A stretch of 63,957 nucleotides of DNA, counting the filler, from Phoronis australis (taxonomy: Eukaryota > Animalia > Phoronida): NCBI GenBank assembly GCA_002633005.1. It is 12 parts of 12 records of this genome, joined end to end, with 100 filler letters (N's around TTAATTAATTAA, not from the genome) between each part and the next. Parts side by side here need not be neighbours in the genome. Positions count along the whole stretch, not along the records: positions 1 to 12,779 come from NMRA01000637.1; positions 12,880 to 16,417 come from NMRA01002967.1; positions 16,518 to 23,648 come from NMRA01001621.1; positions 23,749 to 26,130 come from NMRA01002002.1; positions 26,231 to 43,579 come from NMRA01001488.1; 7 more parts are not named here. One strand, written 5' to 3'. The stretch's first letter is position 1. Each line of letters starts with the position of its first letter. Both the position numbers and the translations under genes were made by a program. Below the pieces are notes generated by a model. That model saw only the letters and a list, made by a program, of their open reading frames with translations. It was not told the DNA's origin and did not search any database. Below are positions 12,665-26,779 of this stretch, one piece after another.

Positions 12665-12779
12665 TTTGAACAGTCAGCAAGACCGCAGTCACCTACGTGA
12701 CGCAGTATAGACCCTATTCACGCCGACAAGAGGCGCGTTCCAAAACGAGGCTCGCTACGATAGCTCTGTTAGCTTATCG

Positions 12780-12880
12780 NNNNNNNNNNNNNNNNNNNNN
12801 NNNNNNNNNNNNNNNNNNNNNNNTTAATTAATTAANNNNNNNNNNNNNNNNNNNNNNNNNNNNNNNNNNNNNNNNNNNNA
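12780..12880. other. Artificial assembly spacer N44-TTAATTAATTAA-N44 (also ~16418, 23649, 26131, 43580, 48468, 51723, 55224, 57743, 60492, 62827)
   Basis: The same 12-mer, with stops in all six frames, is centred in every N run. Confidence 0.97.
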
Positions 12881-13721
12881 CAATTTTGCACGAATAGCAC
12901 TTATACCGATGACTCGTGACTCTGACCTTCCAAGACACAGTCAGATGAACTCTTCCAACTCTTTTAAATCTTTAGACCTCACATCCCAATCAACGCCATG
13001 TAAGTTTCTTGAAGTACTGTGAAACTTTGGATTCGTTTCTAGCTTTGCAATGAACCCCTCTTTCCGTTACTTTTGAACGCACTGGTGCGATCTGAACTAC
13101 ACAAATTCCAAGTAGATTTTCATAGCAGTCTTTTACCAGTGACTTTGCCATGTCGGAGGGATTCAGTAGTTGCCACTGCATGTTTTCCATGACCTGTATC
13201 GAGGTACTACAGTTAACTTTATTGCATTAGCATGATACACTGATCTCGAGGACAGTCACAAAGCTAAGGGTTCTGACGACAGCTTCAGTTCTGTTCTAAC
13301 CCTAAGTCGAAGTTATAACTCTCAGCGCCACCATGTTTGTAGAATTTCGAAGTAAGCTGCTGGCTTCGGACAGGGTTTTGAAGCCTTGAAATCATCTCTA
13401 ATTTGATTAATGAGCAGTTTGCGACCAACAACTTTATAAGTTTGCAAATTGTTTCTCTGTGTGGCTGAAGGATGGCTACATAGCCAGACGTTGATCGTTC
13501 CTTCACTGCGACTGGTGCATTGTTAACAATAAAGAGTGAACGTTCTTCGCAAACGATGTTTTTACTCTTTCACTGCTCCACAAAACGTTCTTCACAACGC
13601 ATTCCGCACATCTTAAGTGATAACCCACAGACGTACAAGAGTGAGTCGAAACATGACAGCTCAGGAATTTCTTGTAGTGTTGAGTTCAGATAACGACACA
13701 TCTCTCAGAACAAACGAGCGC

Positions 13722-15580
13722 CGCGATACGCCGTAAAACGTGACAATTTCGTAAAATGTAACCAATGTTCCATTTTACGTCATTGCTACATTTTAAGTTG
13801 CTGAGCCTATCCTAGTATGTAATAAATTGTTACATTTCACGTCGAACGCACATGCGAGAAATGAACCATTGTTACATTTTACGACACCCACGTCATATTG
13901 CAAAGAAAATGATCAAACTCACAAACAAGTGGTATCTGACACGGCCGGGGGCTCTGGAGTAATTTTAGACGAGGACTACCGCCCGAAAAAAAATTGAATA
14001 CCTATTCGTTGAGAGAGTAGGCTCGAACAAAAAAGTGATCCATTTGGAGTCTAATTAGTGTAAAAATTCACATTTTCACACACTTCTGTTCCAGAAAATC
14101 AAAAAAGCCAACTATTAATATGGTTTTGTCAAAAATGTTACCATTTTGGAGAGTATTTTTTCTGTGAAAAAAAACACCCTGCTAAGACGCACTTTTCGTA
14201 TATAATCTTCTACAGGAATGAGACGGGCTGACAAGGCATATATTTGACTAACTATTATCATTTTTATTAGTATTACATTACTATCACTACTGTTACTACT
14301 ATCACTATCGTGTTCGTTATCGTTATTATAATAATTATTATTATTATTAATATTAAATTTATTTATTGAGGACACAATACGTGTTTAGCAAGGTGCTAAT
14401 ACATCATGGTCCTCAAAGATTATCATCTCATTTATGGTTCAATGTTGTCATCGGGCTTTCCATAGTGGACGGCGAGTGCTGTTCCAAAAGGATTTTAAAG
14501 GGGTTCCCATGTTCAGCTTTAACGATATTGCGAGGAACGTCTTGACAGCTGTGGATGCAGAATAGGCCTACTTTTTGGAAACTAGGAGGTTGAGATTTAA
14601 AATCTTGTTTAGTTAAAAATTGATTATTTCTGAACTATCGGCAAGCACTGTATTATTTGTATCCATTCGTAGTTTGCCACGAAGAACTTAATTCACACCG
14701 CAATATTGTCTTTAACTTGTTGAAAACATTCCATGTCAAAGAACTGGGGATCGTTCCACGATGATGTGTAAGTTCAAAAATTGGGTTCAGTTGAACTCTG
14801 GAGGCAGACATTTTCGAGAACTAACGACTAAACGGCTGCGGTCTCCGGGTTATTAGAATAGCTGGTAACGGACATACAAAACACACAAACTTTATGTGGA
14901 ATGAGCCCGGTATTCTTAGAAAAGCACAGGGATTTAACAAAATAATTTGAACAACGTTTAATCGAAAGTGGATTGCATGGAACAAAAACCGCCAATGTCG
15001 AAGTCAGCGATGTTTAATATGAGCATTTAATGCAATGCATCAAAAGGATTAATATCCCAAATTCCCTTAGCTGCAACACACAAAGTGACGCCTCATGAGA
15101 CAAGTGACTTCACGTCCATTAATAATAGAATGTCCAATCTTTGTCTTTATTTATACATACTTCGAACTAACGACCATTGACCAAATAGCAATTTTAATAC
15201 ACATTTTATCTTAAAGATTATGGAAAGAGAAAGTGCAAGTTTTATAATCCGAAAGGCCGACAGTCAACTTTTTTGGACTATTGCCCTTCAAACTATCGAC
15301 GTAGACCAGGTTTGGGCAAAATAATCGTGTTCCTTCAGAGTGCAAAATATGTTCTATTTCCCCAGCTAGGCATCCCATTTCTACGTATACATGTCAAGGT
15401 TTTACCTGCTGTTACCACCACTATTTCAGACAAGCTTGACATCACATGAACAATCATGGCGCCACTTTTTAAGCTAACGGCTCGCCCTTCTTAAAGGCGA
15501 TATTTTACTGCTGCTTTGGCAAAATCTGTCAACAATTGTTACATTTTACGAAATTGTTACATCTTACAGCGTTTCAGCGC
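13722..15580. mobile_element. ~1.85-kb decayed TIR DNA transposon
   Basis: Left end CGCCGTAAAACGTGACAATTTCGTAAAATGTAAC is the inverse of right end GTTACATTTTACGAAATTGTTACATCTTACAGCG; subterminal TTGTTACATTT repeats; no intact ORF. Confidence 0.55.
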
Positions 15581-16539
15581 CGGCACCTGATGTTGTGTCT
15601 AGCAAAGTAACCAAAATATGCAGGATCGAAATTCCTCTAGTTTACACCATTAAACACTAATTATACATTGGTCTAGGTCTATACTTTTACTGAGTGTTTA
15701 CAATGGCATCAGCTATCCATTATGATGCATTAAGTTAAATTGCCGCCTAGGGTTTCAACACTGGTGCTGCCCCCTCCTGTCAGTTAAAGCTCTAAGCAAA
15801 AATAGCATCTTACAAGTTTTACACTCTCATTGGTTGAACTCCCAAAACAGCTACCTTTAAAGATGGAACGCGAAAACTCGTCAAACATACACGAAACAGA
15901 TCGTGGCGCATCTACATGTATGCTAACGCGAGAGTTATTCACTTTGAGTATAGCTAGAATTTCTAGAAAAATCGTCAGATTCATTATTTTTGAAACACTG
16001 ACGAAACAGAAACACTTTCATCCCTAAACAGTTATCAAATTCTTCACCCCTAATAATATATATATATATATATATACATATGCTCACATGCGCTCAAAGG
16101 AGTAGGACTGACTGCTGCTTGAAGTGGCCACTGTTTTGCATATATTAAAAGACCGATGTTACATTTTCCATATGCGTCTATATTGTGCCACACCAAATAA
16201 GGAGAGGTGCTTTGTCATGTGGGAGTAATGTCGACTATGTGACGAACAGTGACTGATCAATTTTTGAAATTTGAAACCAAAGCAAATTGTTTACACATCC
16301 ACAGAAATTCAACTACGCCAACAAACCGTAAAAATGCTTGGTGATCAGTTTGACTCAGTTGCACTTCAGTGCCCAGAGAACCACTCTGAATATTGCAATT
16401 TAGTCGGCTTTCGCGTTNNNNNNNNNNNNNNNNNNNNNNNNNNNNNNNNNNNNNNNNNNNNTTAATTAATTAANNNNNNNNNNNNNNNNNNNNNNNNNNN
16501 NNNNNNNNNNNNNNNNNTTGGGGCTGCTTTAATATCCCT

Positions 16540-16870
16540 TGTTGAAACACGGCTAGTATTCAAGTTTCTGGTGGCTGGGGAAAATGATACAGATTGTCCC
16601 AAAAGTGTGACTTCAGCGTCTGGAGTTAAACCTCAGTCCACGTTGATCAATGAGATTGTGTGCTGGCTTACTGCATGGCTATGCCTTATTTTTAACGTGG
16701 ATGGCGTCAGTCATGACGTGGTCAGTCCCTTTGTAATGTGAGCGGGAATGGCAAGCAAATGATTCAGTTTTGAAGATGGTGCAGTACCACTGCAAACTAA
16801 AAACATCAAGGAAGTGCAAAGACAACATCTCCAAGTTACTGAGCCATGAGTTTAATTTGATTTATTTAAA
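16540..16870 (+). repeat. Dispersed repeat, copy 1 (copy 2 at ~36990-37305); probably the internal part of a DNA transposon extending to ~17355
   Basis: Shared TTGAAACACG...TTTCTGGTGGCTGGGGA...CTTATTTTTAACGTGG...TCAGTCATGACGTG...AAACTAAAAACA.CAAGGAAG. Confidence 0.75.
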
Positions 16871-17581
16871 TATTTAAAATTACTGTTAGTATAATTGCCA
16901 AAAAGGTGACGCTGCATTATTGTTTACTGTAAAGTTTTCTTTTGGAAATTTATTATATGTGATTAGGAGAATAAAATTAACTTTATTGCACTTTGTGCAA
17001 CTTTGAGCATTTTTTATAATTCAAGATGGCGCCTAATTTCCACACTCTGAACATGATACCTTGTAGGATCTTGCAATTTATGGTTTCCAATGTTTTTGGG
17101 ACGTAGACTCCATTTCTGACATAATTCTTTTGGATGCAAGGTCAAAGTCAAGGTCAAATGAGAGGTCAAAGATCACGTTGAACTGAGACAAGGAAAATTC
17201 ATCAATTTTGGCCGACGAAACGTTAAATTTATGGGAAATGCGGAATTATAATTTCTGTGATTCCATAATATGAAAAATAAGGAATAGCTAAATTCTGGGA
17301 TAAGATATCCTCCCAACATCTCAATAACTAGTTTAATTGTTGTACCAGACCTACGCATGTTGCTCAGGGAGGCCCACAGCACTGATCACCTTGGACCATC
17401 TTTATGCTTTATTAGTTGAAACAGAGCTAGGGATCTTGACTCAAGCGACCAGCAGTGTGTCCCGTGTGACTTGAACATACAACCTTGAGTAGAGGAAGCC
17501 ACGCTGCCTCAGCGTGAATAGCGGTATGTGTATAGATTACGCGTAATCCGTGCAGGTTGCATATACGTAGACTAGGATTGG

Positions 17582-18030
17582 CTGTACTTCGGGAGCAAGT
17601 TTTCGGATATACAGAATAAATTAAACGCACGACACTTTTCATTGTTGACAGTCTTTATTCCGTTACGTTCATACCTTCGGAACAAAAGTATACTCTCAAC
17701 TGAACATAGATACATTAACTAACCTAGCGACATCATTAAAAGGGACACGATATTTCGAAACATAATTGTTTCATTCTCAAGTGAAGATAAAATGACGCAG
17801 TAATGCCACCACAGAGCATAAGCTGATGACACACTCAGTGGGACACGGCGGGTATGAAATACTACCAAGAATGACTAATGAAGGGGGGTAACGGGAAAGT
17901 CACGCAAACAAGTGTAACGTGCGGCGCGACCCTGTTTGCTGCTCATTCAAAACAGGCTTCTCGAATGCAATTAAACGATACTCTAATACTTTCCATCGAA
18001 GCACATCGTGCTCCACGTACCGAATTGACG
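17582..18030 (+). mobile_element. Non-coding interspersed repeat family A, copy 1
   Basis: Highly similar to 42506-42930 and 49285-49701 (CACGACACTTTTCATTGTT...GACACGGCGGGT.TGAAATACT...GAAGGGGGGTAAC...). Confidence 0.9.
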
Positions 18031-18406
18031 TGTTTTCCACTGTAAAAAGTTTAGTTTCTCTCCAGTAGATGTTCGCACGTGATGACCCTTAGATTCGAGC
18101 TACAAACTCGAGTTATCCTAGACTTAGAGAACAAAGCTCGAAATTTCGAGTTTAGACTGGAACTTATAGCGTTAATTAGGGGACAGCAAATGCAAACTAG
18201 GATCGGACAATCATCCCGTAAAGTAGATCGTAGTATCATGGATCATAGAATAACTTTTGTGTCGAGTTTGTATCAAAGAAAAGAGGAACTGAAAGTGTAA
18301 GAAATTAGTTCAAGTTCAATTTCGAGTATAAAAATTAAACTCAGAACCAAGAACTGTGTATATATTATTAACTGGAAGGGAATACACAGGAGTCTACTGT
18401 TTTGCA

Positions 18407-18965
18407 TCGCTGGTTCCCTGCGTGCCGCTAGCTGGTAGCGAGCACGCAGGTAACATTTGATTTTCCTCGGGAATTTTTTTACACCGGCGTTTCTGATTGG
18501 CTGGTCGAATTCTTTGCGCAAACAAAGTAGAATGACTGATGGAGGAAGTGTAGATGTGGTCTCTTGTACAGACAAATCGGTGCTTCATTCATGTTCAAGA
18601 ATTTTGAATCCCAGAAAATCGTGGTCGCGCCTTTTCAGAATGCATCTTTCTATTGTCGCTGACTTTTGTTTACGTTGCTGTCCTGCACACAGCATGAACA
18701 ACTGACACCAGTTAAATCTGCCAGATGTGTTGTTTATTGTACATGTATGTGCTTCAAGCACGCGGCTACTAAACATTACTGCAGACACGAAATAGTTGCT
18801 GTTACGCTACTTGCATGACAAGGCTAAAAATCCTTCGTATAGTCTGTCATTTTCTTTCTTTGTTGTGCAGCCAACCAATGACTGCCGAGGTTACATCAAT
18901 CAGTAATAAAGCGCGTGGTACCCTATGATACCTGCGTGTTATCTACACGTAGGGAACCAGCGAGC
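18407..18965. mobile_element. MITE, copy 1 (~560 bp; inverted copy at 20679-21167)
   Basis: TIRs CGCTGGTTCCCTGCGTG / CACGTAGGGAACCAGCGAG; internal sequence shared in reverse orientation with copy 2. Confidence 0.85.
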
Positions 18966-19760
18966 TGTTTCGCGTGGAGTTAAACTAGCACTTGCGCACG
19001 TGCGTTTATTTGGAAAAGGGGGCGTGTAAACGGAATGTCATAGTTTTGCTGACTTTGATATTTTTTACTTAAAATTGCATTTTTTAATTTTATGTTAATA
19101 AATGCATAGTTCGCCAACCCCTTGTTCCTTTTTATAATTGATAAATGCTCCACAAAACTGAATTTGTGACAAAAAGTTGACGCTGCGTGGGCTTTTAAGA
19201 GGAAATTTTCCAAATAAACGCCCCACTGTCTGGACACTTGACAACACAATTTTAAACACCAAATAAGCGCCCATGGGCGTTTAATCGGATGGGCTTATCT
19301 ACGGAAAATCAAGGTAGGTAAACAAGTCGACTTTTACTGTATATCATGCACAATGAAAACCGAACAGTGAAATGCAGTTTTGTCATCAAATATCAAGTAC
19401 ACAGAGAAAACAGTGCTTCATAATGATTTTTTGTCACCAGTACGTGAATGCTGTGGAGTTGTTTTGATAACAGAAATCAGATTAAACCATGACTTTTCAT
19501 GATCGGTAGATTACATTTTTGCCCGTGAAGCCAATGGTTTGCTGATAAGAGCTGCCTGAAGAAATATGACTTGTGCGTTTGCAATTTCGCCCTTTTCGAC
19601 GACATATAAAAGTAAAAATCTAAACATAAGCGTATTTTTCACTAATATCCATGAACTTTTGGCCGAGATCTTTCAAATTCAGTCCGGGGCAGCCCGGCAG
19701 CAGGAGAAACGTCCTAAAAGATTACAATGAAACCGGCACTGTCAACAAAGACGTCAAAAT

Positions 19761-20037
19761 CAGGGGCGGATCCAGGATTTTGAGTTAGGGGAGGCCAGGG
19801 CACAGGAATAACCATAAATTCGCCACAAGCGCGCGGTCAGCCTAAACTGTAAGGATGCAGGGTCTCGAATTTTAAGGTTTGTGGACCTTATTACTAAGAA
19901 AACGGTAAACGGGTTTTATTCAAGGCCTATGCATTGTGCATTCGCCCCCTTAGCTCCCCTGCTAGTCAGTAATTCGCACCCCGAACTATCAAATGGTATC
20001 TGGGAGAATTTTAGGTCCCCCTCAAAATCCGCCACTG
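19761..20037. mobile_element. GC-rich MITE with 5-bp TSD
   Basis: Ends CAGGGGCGGATCC / AATCCGCCACTG, flanked by AAAAT on both sides. Confidence 0.7.
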
Positions 20038-20424
20038 AAAATTGACTTACAATTACCATTTTAACATTTTTAGACTATTTTCATGTTGTAATATCGCATA
20101 TATGAGTAAACACAGTTATACTACAGCAGTAAAACTGCAAATTTAATGAACTTATTGTAAAATCTACAAGAACCTAACCCGCGCAATGTAGTGAGTAGTT
20201 AGTCTTTCCGGTACAACAAGTGAGAATGGCCATGTGTTTTTTGTTTACAACTTCCATTTCAAAATGAAAACCGGGAAAAGTACCTGGGGCACATATTTGC
20301 TTTCCATTTTTAATGATGATCACTGCACTCAGCACATCGTTGTTAAGTACACGGCATAAGTCTCCCACCAAGTTGACAGTCGGATGGTTTACGAGCGAAA
20401 TTCTTAATTTCTACTGTCAGTAGG

Positions 20425-20598
20425 CATCAGTGATAAACGAGAGTAGTTCTGCTTGCCGCGTCAGCTGTAGATATCATTATCTCTTTTATGACCCACAACA
20501 TGTAACCGGACAAAGCCTTTTCAAATTAGGGTAGATAAGGCAGTGGAGTGTGAGACCCCTGAGGACGCTGTCAAGTCCTCACGACAATCCACGTTATG
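20425..20598 (+). repeat. Dispersed repeat, copy 2 (of 11340-11517)
   Basis: Same-orientation diverged copy. Confidence 0.8.
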
Positions 20599-20678
20599 CG
20601 ATTGGGCAACTCGACCGTTTGCCTACATCAAGAGTTCATTTTTGTGGTTAATTAAATTGCCTCAAGCTGCTGATGTTA

Positions 20679-21167
20679 CTCGCTGGTTCCCGGCGTGTAG
20701 ATAACACGCAGGTATCATTCAGTAGCACGCGCTTTATCACTACATTGTTGATGTAACCTCGGCAGTCATTGGTTAGCTTTACAACTAAGAAAAAAAGGCG
20801 GAAAAAGAACGATTAATAGCCGCTGGCTTGAAGCACATACACAAACACACACCTGGCCGATTTTTAAAACCGGTGTGTTATTAATACTGTTTGAATACAG
20901 GGCAACATCATAAACAAACGTCCGAAAAGGCGTAAACCCCAATTTTCTGGGATTGGCATTTCTTGAACATAAATTAAGCTCCGATTTGTCTGTACAACAG
21001 ACCACACTTATACTTCCATCAGTCATGCCCAGTGTGTTTGCGTAAAGCGCTACCTATTGAGACTAAGACCAGCCAATCAGAAACGCCGTTGTAAAAAAAA
21101 TCCCGAGAAAATTAAATGATACCTACGTGTGTTCTACCGCCTAGCGACACACAGGGAACCAGCGAGC
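20679..21167. mobile_element. MITE, copy 2 (inverted relative to 18407-18965)
   Basis: Ends CTCGCTGGTTCCCGGCGTG / CACAGGGAACCAGCGAG; shares CAGCCAATCAGAAACGCCG and other internal blocks. Confidence 0.85.
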
Positions 21168-24100
21168 TGATGTTATCATTTTTAGATAATCAGACCCACC
21201 ATAAACACACTTGGGGAGACGATTTTTTTAATTTTCGATTTGAATGTTTTTAAATATTTTTCATGAAAAGTCTGCTTTTTGAATTTTTAAAATCGGACAA
21301 GAAATGTGACTTTCAGCCTATGAATTTTAACCGAATGTGGCTCGGCAGAGCTCGCGCGTAGTCCAGGTATTATTAGGTGCCTCATTAATTCTGAGGGGTG
21401 TGCAACACAATGGGCTAATTGACCTAGCGCAAGCTCCGCCCCCATGGGTAATGTCGATAAACAAACAATAAGTTTTACCCGGCAACGTGTTGTTTGTCGG
21501 GTAAAATGGCGGCTTGGAAACGAAGTTATGTCAAGAATGATGCGTTCTGATTGGTCAGTTAAACCGTCACTCAAAGTCCTGGCTATAGGTAAATTACCAA
21601 ACCATCAAGGAGCGTTGTATTCTGCTCAAGGTAGGCAAAGTGTCATCGTACAATTCTTGGCATGTATCTTTTAGATCTCAGCTTCGCTGGCCAACCAATG
21701 CATTGTGTGGTTGGCGATAGCAAATACCTTGCAACTGTAGGAATTTTAGGATTTTATTATAATAATTTGCAATAAATTGCACGAATTCAACTACAAAAAC
21801 ACAAGAATTGTTATTTTTTACGTTTTGTAGGGAGCTGGCTATTGGTGATAGTATAGTGGCCGGAAGAGTGGGGAATTTTACCCTGTACTGGCATGCCACC
21901 AAGAATAACTGAATGTTCTAAAATTTGATGTGAGATAGCATCAGAATGGATATCAAAGTTGTGGCAGTGAAGTATTGCCTCGCTTTCTTCTTCTTGCTTG
22001 CGTAACACCTACTGAACGAAACCATTGTCTTCACTGCTAGTAGCCTGGCGCAATGTAGTCAGTAGTGAAAACATACGAAAATGTTGTATGGAGATGAAAC
22101 GAGCAGTGAGCTGGGAGCACCTCAATTGTACTCAAGTTGGAAATTACCCAGGATGGTACTCTGACATAACCTCAGGGGCATGCCCACCGTTCATTGCAAA
22201 AAGTCCTTAGGGACATACACAAAACGAGGGCCTTATCACCACCTCAGCACATGGTGTCAATGGTCAGTGGATGTAGCAACCAAAATTTGGGACGATGGGA
22301 GGGTTTCAACACCCATGTGGCACATCACGTTATTACCTGTTTGCACTTCTCCCATGTACCCCCAGGGAAGGAGTCAACACTCATTTGGCACCCACCTGGT
22401 TTTTATCTGTTTTGCACTATCCCTTCCACAGGCACCTGAGGGCCTGTAGAAGGGGGAGTGAACCTAAACTCCTATATAGGAGCAATCACTAAAATTTCGT
22501 AGTCCTTCTGTTTATAGTAACTAGGAACGGTAATTTGCCTTATTAAAAACTCAAACATAAACAAAAACCATTTGGCTTTTGAAAGGAGCTTTAGGAAGAG
22601 GAAAGCCGGAAATCTTACTGTCAGCTATTACACTTTTTAAATTGCAATAACACATTTCTCATTTGATTATAAATGACTGTAAATATACGTAATTTACCCA
22701 TTTCAACATTGTTTCTATTGCACGTCGAAAGTCATTAAAGTATGAATTTACTAGTGTTTACATTGTTCCGAATCGGTTAGTTTTGCTTAATATTCTGCCG
22801 CCTTTTTAGGGCGCCAGTTTTTCGACCTGTAACCATTGTAGCGAATAGCAAGATGTCGGAGTGGGACCTCCTATTGTACTGCACTCCTTGGTTGTACTAA
22901 AATGTGCCGTTTAACCATTGACAAATTACATACCTGTAGCCTTGTCACTACCCTTGCAGCCGAATCCTTTGAAACAACCAATTGTCTGAGCCCTGTGTAG
23001 ATCCTGACCTCAGCTTTCAGCGTTTTTTTGAAAAGTCAATATAGTTACCGCTTATCACTTTTCGCTGAAAATAATTCTTCCACTTGATTTGATGACTCAT
23101 TGCGCATGTTCACACAATGCTGCTGGTAGGCCCTTGTCTGAAAATGTTACTAATCTCATGAAAAAAACGCAAAATGGCTTTCATCTTTTAAATCTCGGCT
23201 TCACCGATCAGCAAGTGCAGGTGTGAATGGTGACAACAAATTATAGGAATATTAAGGATTTGACTGAAATAATTTGAATTTTCTTTGTATCGAAAGCTAA
23301 GTGAAATACTGATCATGTGGTGAACTGTGTGCAAACGTGGCCGTCCTTGCAAAGTACCCCACTTTTTCCGACAACATTGGCACCTTACAGTGAGCCCTAA
23401 AATTGAACATAAAAGCTTCATAAATTAAATGCTGTAAGAACAGCATCTGTGTATGAGATTGAAAAATTCCGGCGATGATTTGTAACTACCTACTACTGAA
23501 TTTTCGTTGACTTTTCTTTATCAGGGATGTTACAATAAAAACTACGACTGTTTTCTTTACCGAACAGTGGCGGATCTACGGGGGGGTTCAGGGGGTTTAA
23601 ACCCCCCCCTTGGGCCAGGACCCAAAATTAAAAAAAAACAAAAACGTCNNNNNNNNNNNNNNNNNNNNNNNNNNNNNNNNNNNNNNNNNNNNTTAATTAA
23701 TTAANNNNNNNNNNNNNNNNNNNNNNNNNNNNNNNNNNNNNNNNNNNNCAAGTGTGCCTTAACCAGTAACTATTTTTCGCTTAATTAAAGTTCAATTGCG
23801 TCCGGCTTATTCGCAAAGAAATAAGATCAGATGACCTGGCAATGTCTTCCGTTACGAATCCAACAGTGACAGTTAAACAACAAAAACAGTAACGAAATGC
23901 AGCTTTCACTTCAGATTAAAAACATGTCAACATCTATTGTAACCGCTAACTCAACCTTTGCTCTTCCACTTCAATTAAGTGTTTCCCATATAAGGCTGAG
24001 GTGTCCACATTCGACGGGACACGGCTTCAAATACAGGTACATGGGTGTACATGTAAATACGCGCACATACCCTAACGAAATTAGCTTTTCCAAGATCAAA

Positions 24101-26369
24101 TTTCTTGGAGAAAAAACGAGGTCACAAAAGTCTTCACGAGATATCTCCATGCATTATAAGCAAAACTAACTTTGCTCACGAGTGTATTGGGACTACGGAA
24201 CAAGCCCCTCCCCCATCCGGTAGACAAGAGACAGACATACCACTAGTATTGTCTGACACTCATTGAGATTGTTACGACCTGACCACTTATGCGTGAATTC
24301 CAGTGACTGTGCATGTCTCGCCCATCTTTGGCTTCAGTTTCCACAACCATGAGACAGGAAGCCCTAGGATGCACAAGAGCCAATACTCTGCAAAGTCTAC
24401 TGAGTGACAAAACTACTTTCATAGCCGGTGCAGGAATTGTAGGTACAGGTGATTACAAAACAAACTTTTCACAGTAATTTCAAAAACTGTCTATCGCAAA
24501 ATATTACGAATTACAGCAAAACTCGCACAAACCAGATTTTTACTGAATAAAGCGAAATTCACATCTATCAACCATCAAGGGTCAAGTGAAGAACTACAGC
24601 AATCATACCTCGAAATTTTACTCCTGAGTTAAGCGACAATCGATTTCTGCATGTCCGATTTATGCGAGTTTTACGGGAATTCGTTGCAAAGTTTTCTATA
24701 ACTATGGCTCTCATTGAATATAATATAACGTCCACTGAGTCCGGACTTTATAAATCCAGGTATCAATATGTTACCAAACTAACAGTATGCAGAAAAGTAC
24801 TAGATACTCTCTAATGGATCACACTGTGAAAGCAGTATTTAACCCTGGTTAGCTGGCTAAAAATTGACAACTGAATTTGTCCAATTACTCTCATAAAGTT
24901 GGTCTCCTCATATTCCTTAGGATTCAATTTCAGTTACCGACTTTGAGTCACACGAACTGCGTCTTTCATTAGGCAGATTCCCAACCCCAATAAAGTCTGA
25001 AGCGCCCTCTCCAGTCGCTCATACTTTCCATATTCTTGTTAGTAATGGAAAGAGAATTCTATCACTATAAGGAATATCAGATTGATTTTACTAGACGAAA
25101 AGACCTCAATCATTAAACAACCTTCACGTATTGTGATAAAACAGGCATAGCTATAGTCTCAGTCACAGTTGCGATGCACTAAAAACTGCAACAGATCTTG
25201 GAAATAAGTCACTTCAAAACCTCACTCCCCATTTTCCTCATATACACCTAACAATATGGAAAAATAGCTCCCTCAATGTAAGCAAGCAATGGATCATGGA
25301 CTATTTTACAATTTCTCAAGCAATTCGACTCTGCAAGCTCCAACTGAAGATTTATGGAAAATAAGTTCAGCACTTGCAAACGAACAATGCTAACACAGAC
25401 TGGTGAGCATTAAAAACATAATTGCTGCCCAAAAACCAGCCCAGCATGTTATTACGGGTGTCACCGCCATCCTTTGCACACCACTTCCACAATTCACTGG
25501 TCCTGGATACACTTTGACAAGCCATAAAAAGGACAATTGACACACTGAGACGCAGCATTTTTTGGCTGTAAACAACTGTGGCACTGTCACTCTCCTACAG
25601 TGATAGGACATACCAAACTTTTTTCAACACAGCCCTCTTCCCTGCTTTGTGCTAATGACAGAACACTCATTGACAATCTTTTGGCATACATATGTACTCA
25701 TGAGGTACAGACTGTAGGACTTAAGCAAAGACACATTCCAAGAACCAGAAAATTTGTCAAATTTGAATAGGGATCAAAAGAGCTATAGGGGGGAGGGCTA
25801 CTACCATACTTAAGCTGAAACTACATTTATTTAGTGATAACAATTACTTGCAATATTTTTATCTGCAAATGTCACACCAACAATAAACTTTATGCTACCC
25901 TGTAGTTTTAGTGGAAAATGGCCTAATACAGCAAAGTTTCTCAAAAATTTTACACTACACCACAGTTTTCATTAGACTAATTCAAAAACTAGTTAGAATG
26001 CAGTGAAGATCTTCTAAGAGCAAATCTTACTTGTCCGCAAGTGTGCTCTCAAATATAGCTTCTTTATCTTACAATTATGGACTGGTGCCAGTCTAATAGC
26101 TGAAATAGTCCATATACTAACTTGTCCTTGNNNNNNNNNNNNNNNNNNNNNNNNNNNNNNNNNNNNNNNNNNNNTTAATTAATTAANNNNNNNNNNNNNN
26201 NNNNNNNNNNNNNNNNNNNNNNNNNNNNNNTTTCCCACAACTGCTTTCGACGCTTGTTATGACTCGCCGACAAGGGATTACAATGCGCCTGTTGCCAGGA
26301 ATTGTACAGGTAGAATGGCGGCCATAACATACAGTGATACGGCGGGTTAATAAGGTGAAGAATAAGAAG

Positions 26370-26767
26370 ATTTAAGATGAAAACTATTATCTCTGAACTG
26401 AATTTGAAGTGCTGAGATACGGTAAGAGGACTTATTTTTTTAGATTTGCTGTGTTTCTTGGTTCCCTTTCGATATTTTGTTATCTGGCTCGTATTTATTT
26501 TCGAGTACGATTTCAAGCACACTGTCATACCAAACTTGAAATTTGAGCATAGACTCCGAATTTTTACTCAAAATCGTACTCGAAATATAGATGAGATACA
26601 CTTCAGTTGGAGTACACTCGAAATCTGAGTACGTGCTCGAAATTTCGAGTACAGATTTTTCGAGTATGACATTGAATACACCAAAGCTGAGTCTGTACTC
26701 GAGTTGAGTATGAAGTGTGAGTTTGAGCATGATTCGAGTCTGAGTACGAAGATTGGAGACCGGGCCC
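26370..26767. repeat. CTCGA/TCGAG-rich non-autonomous element end (related segment at ~18050-18330)
   Basis: Many ACTCGAAAT/TTTCGAGT motifs; the palindrome CTCGAAATTTCGAG occurs at both places; terminus GGAGACCGGGCCC. Confidence 0.5.
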
Positions 26768-26779
26768 TGGTCTCTGTAA

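Noticed and set aside
14115-14375. Asn/Ser-rich 86-aa ORF
   Set aside because: Translation of a (TAT/TAC)-rich microsatellite.
24900-26130. Decayed coding-like stretch
   Set aside because: No recognisable motif in any frame; needs BLASTx.
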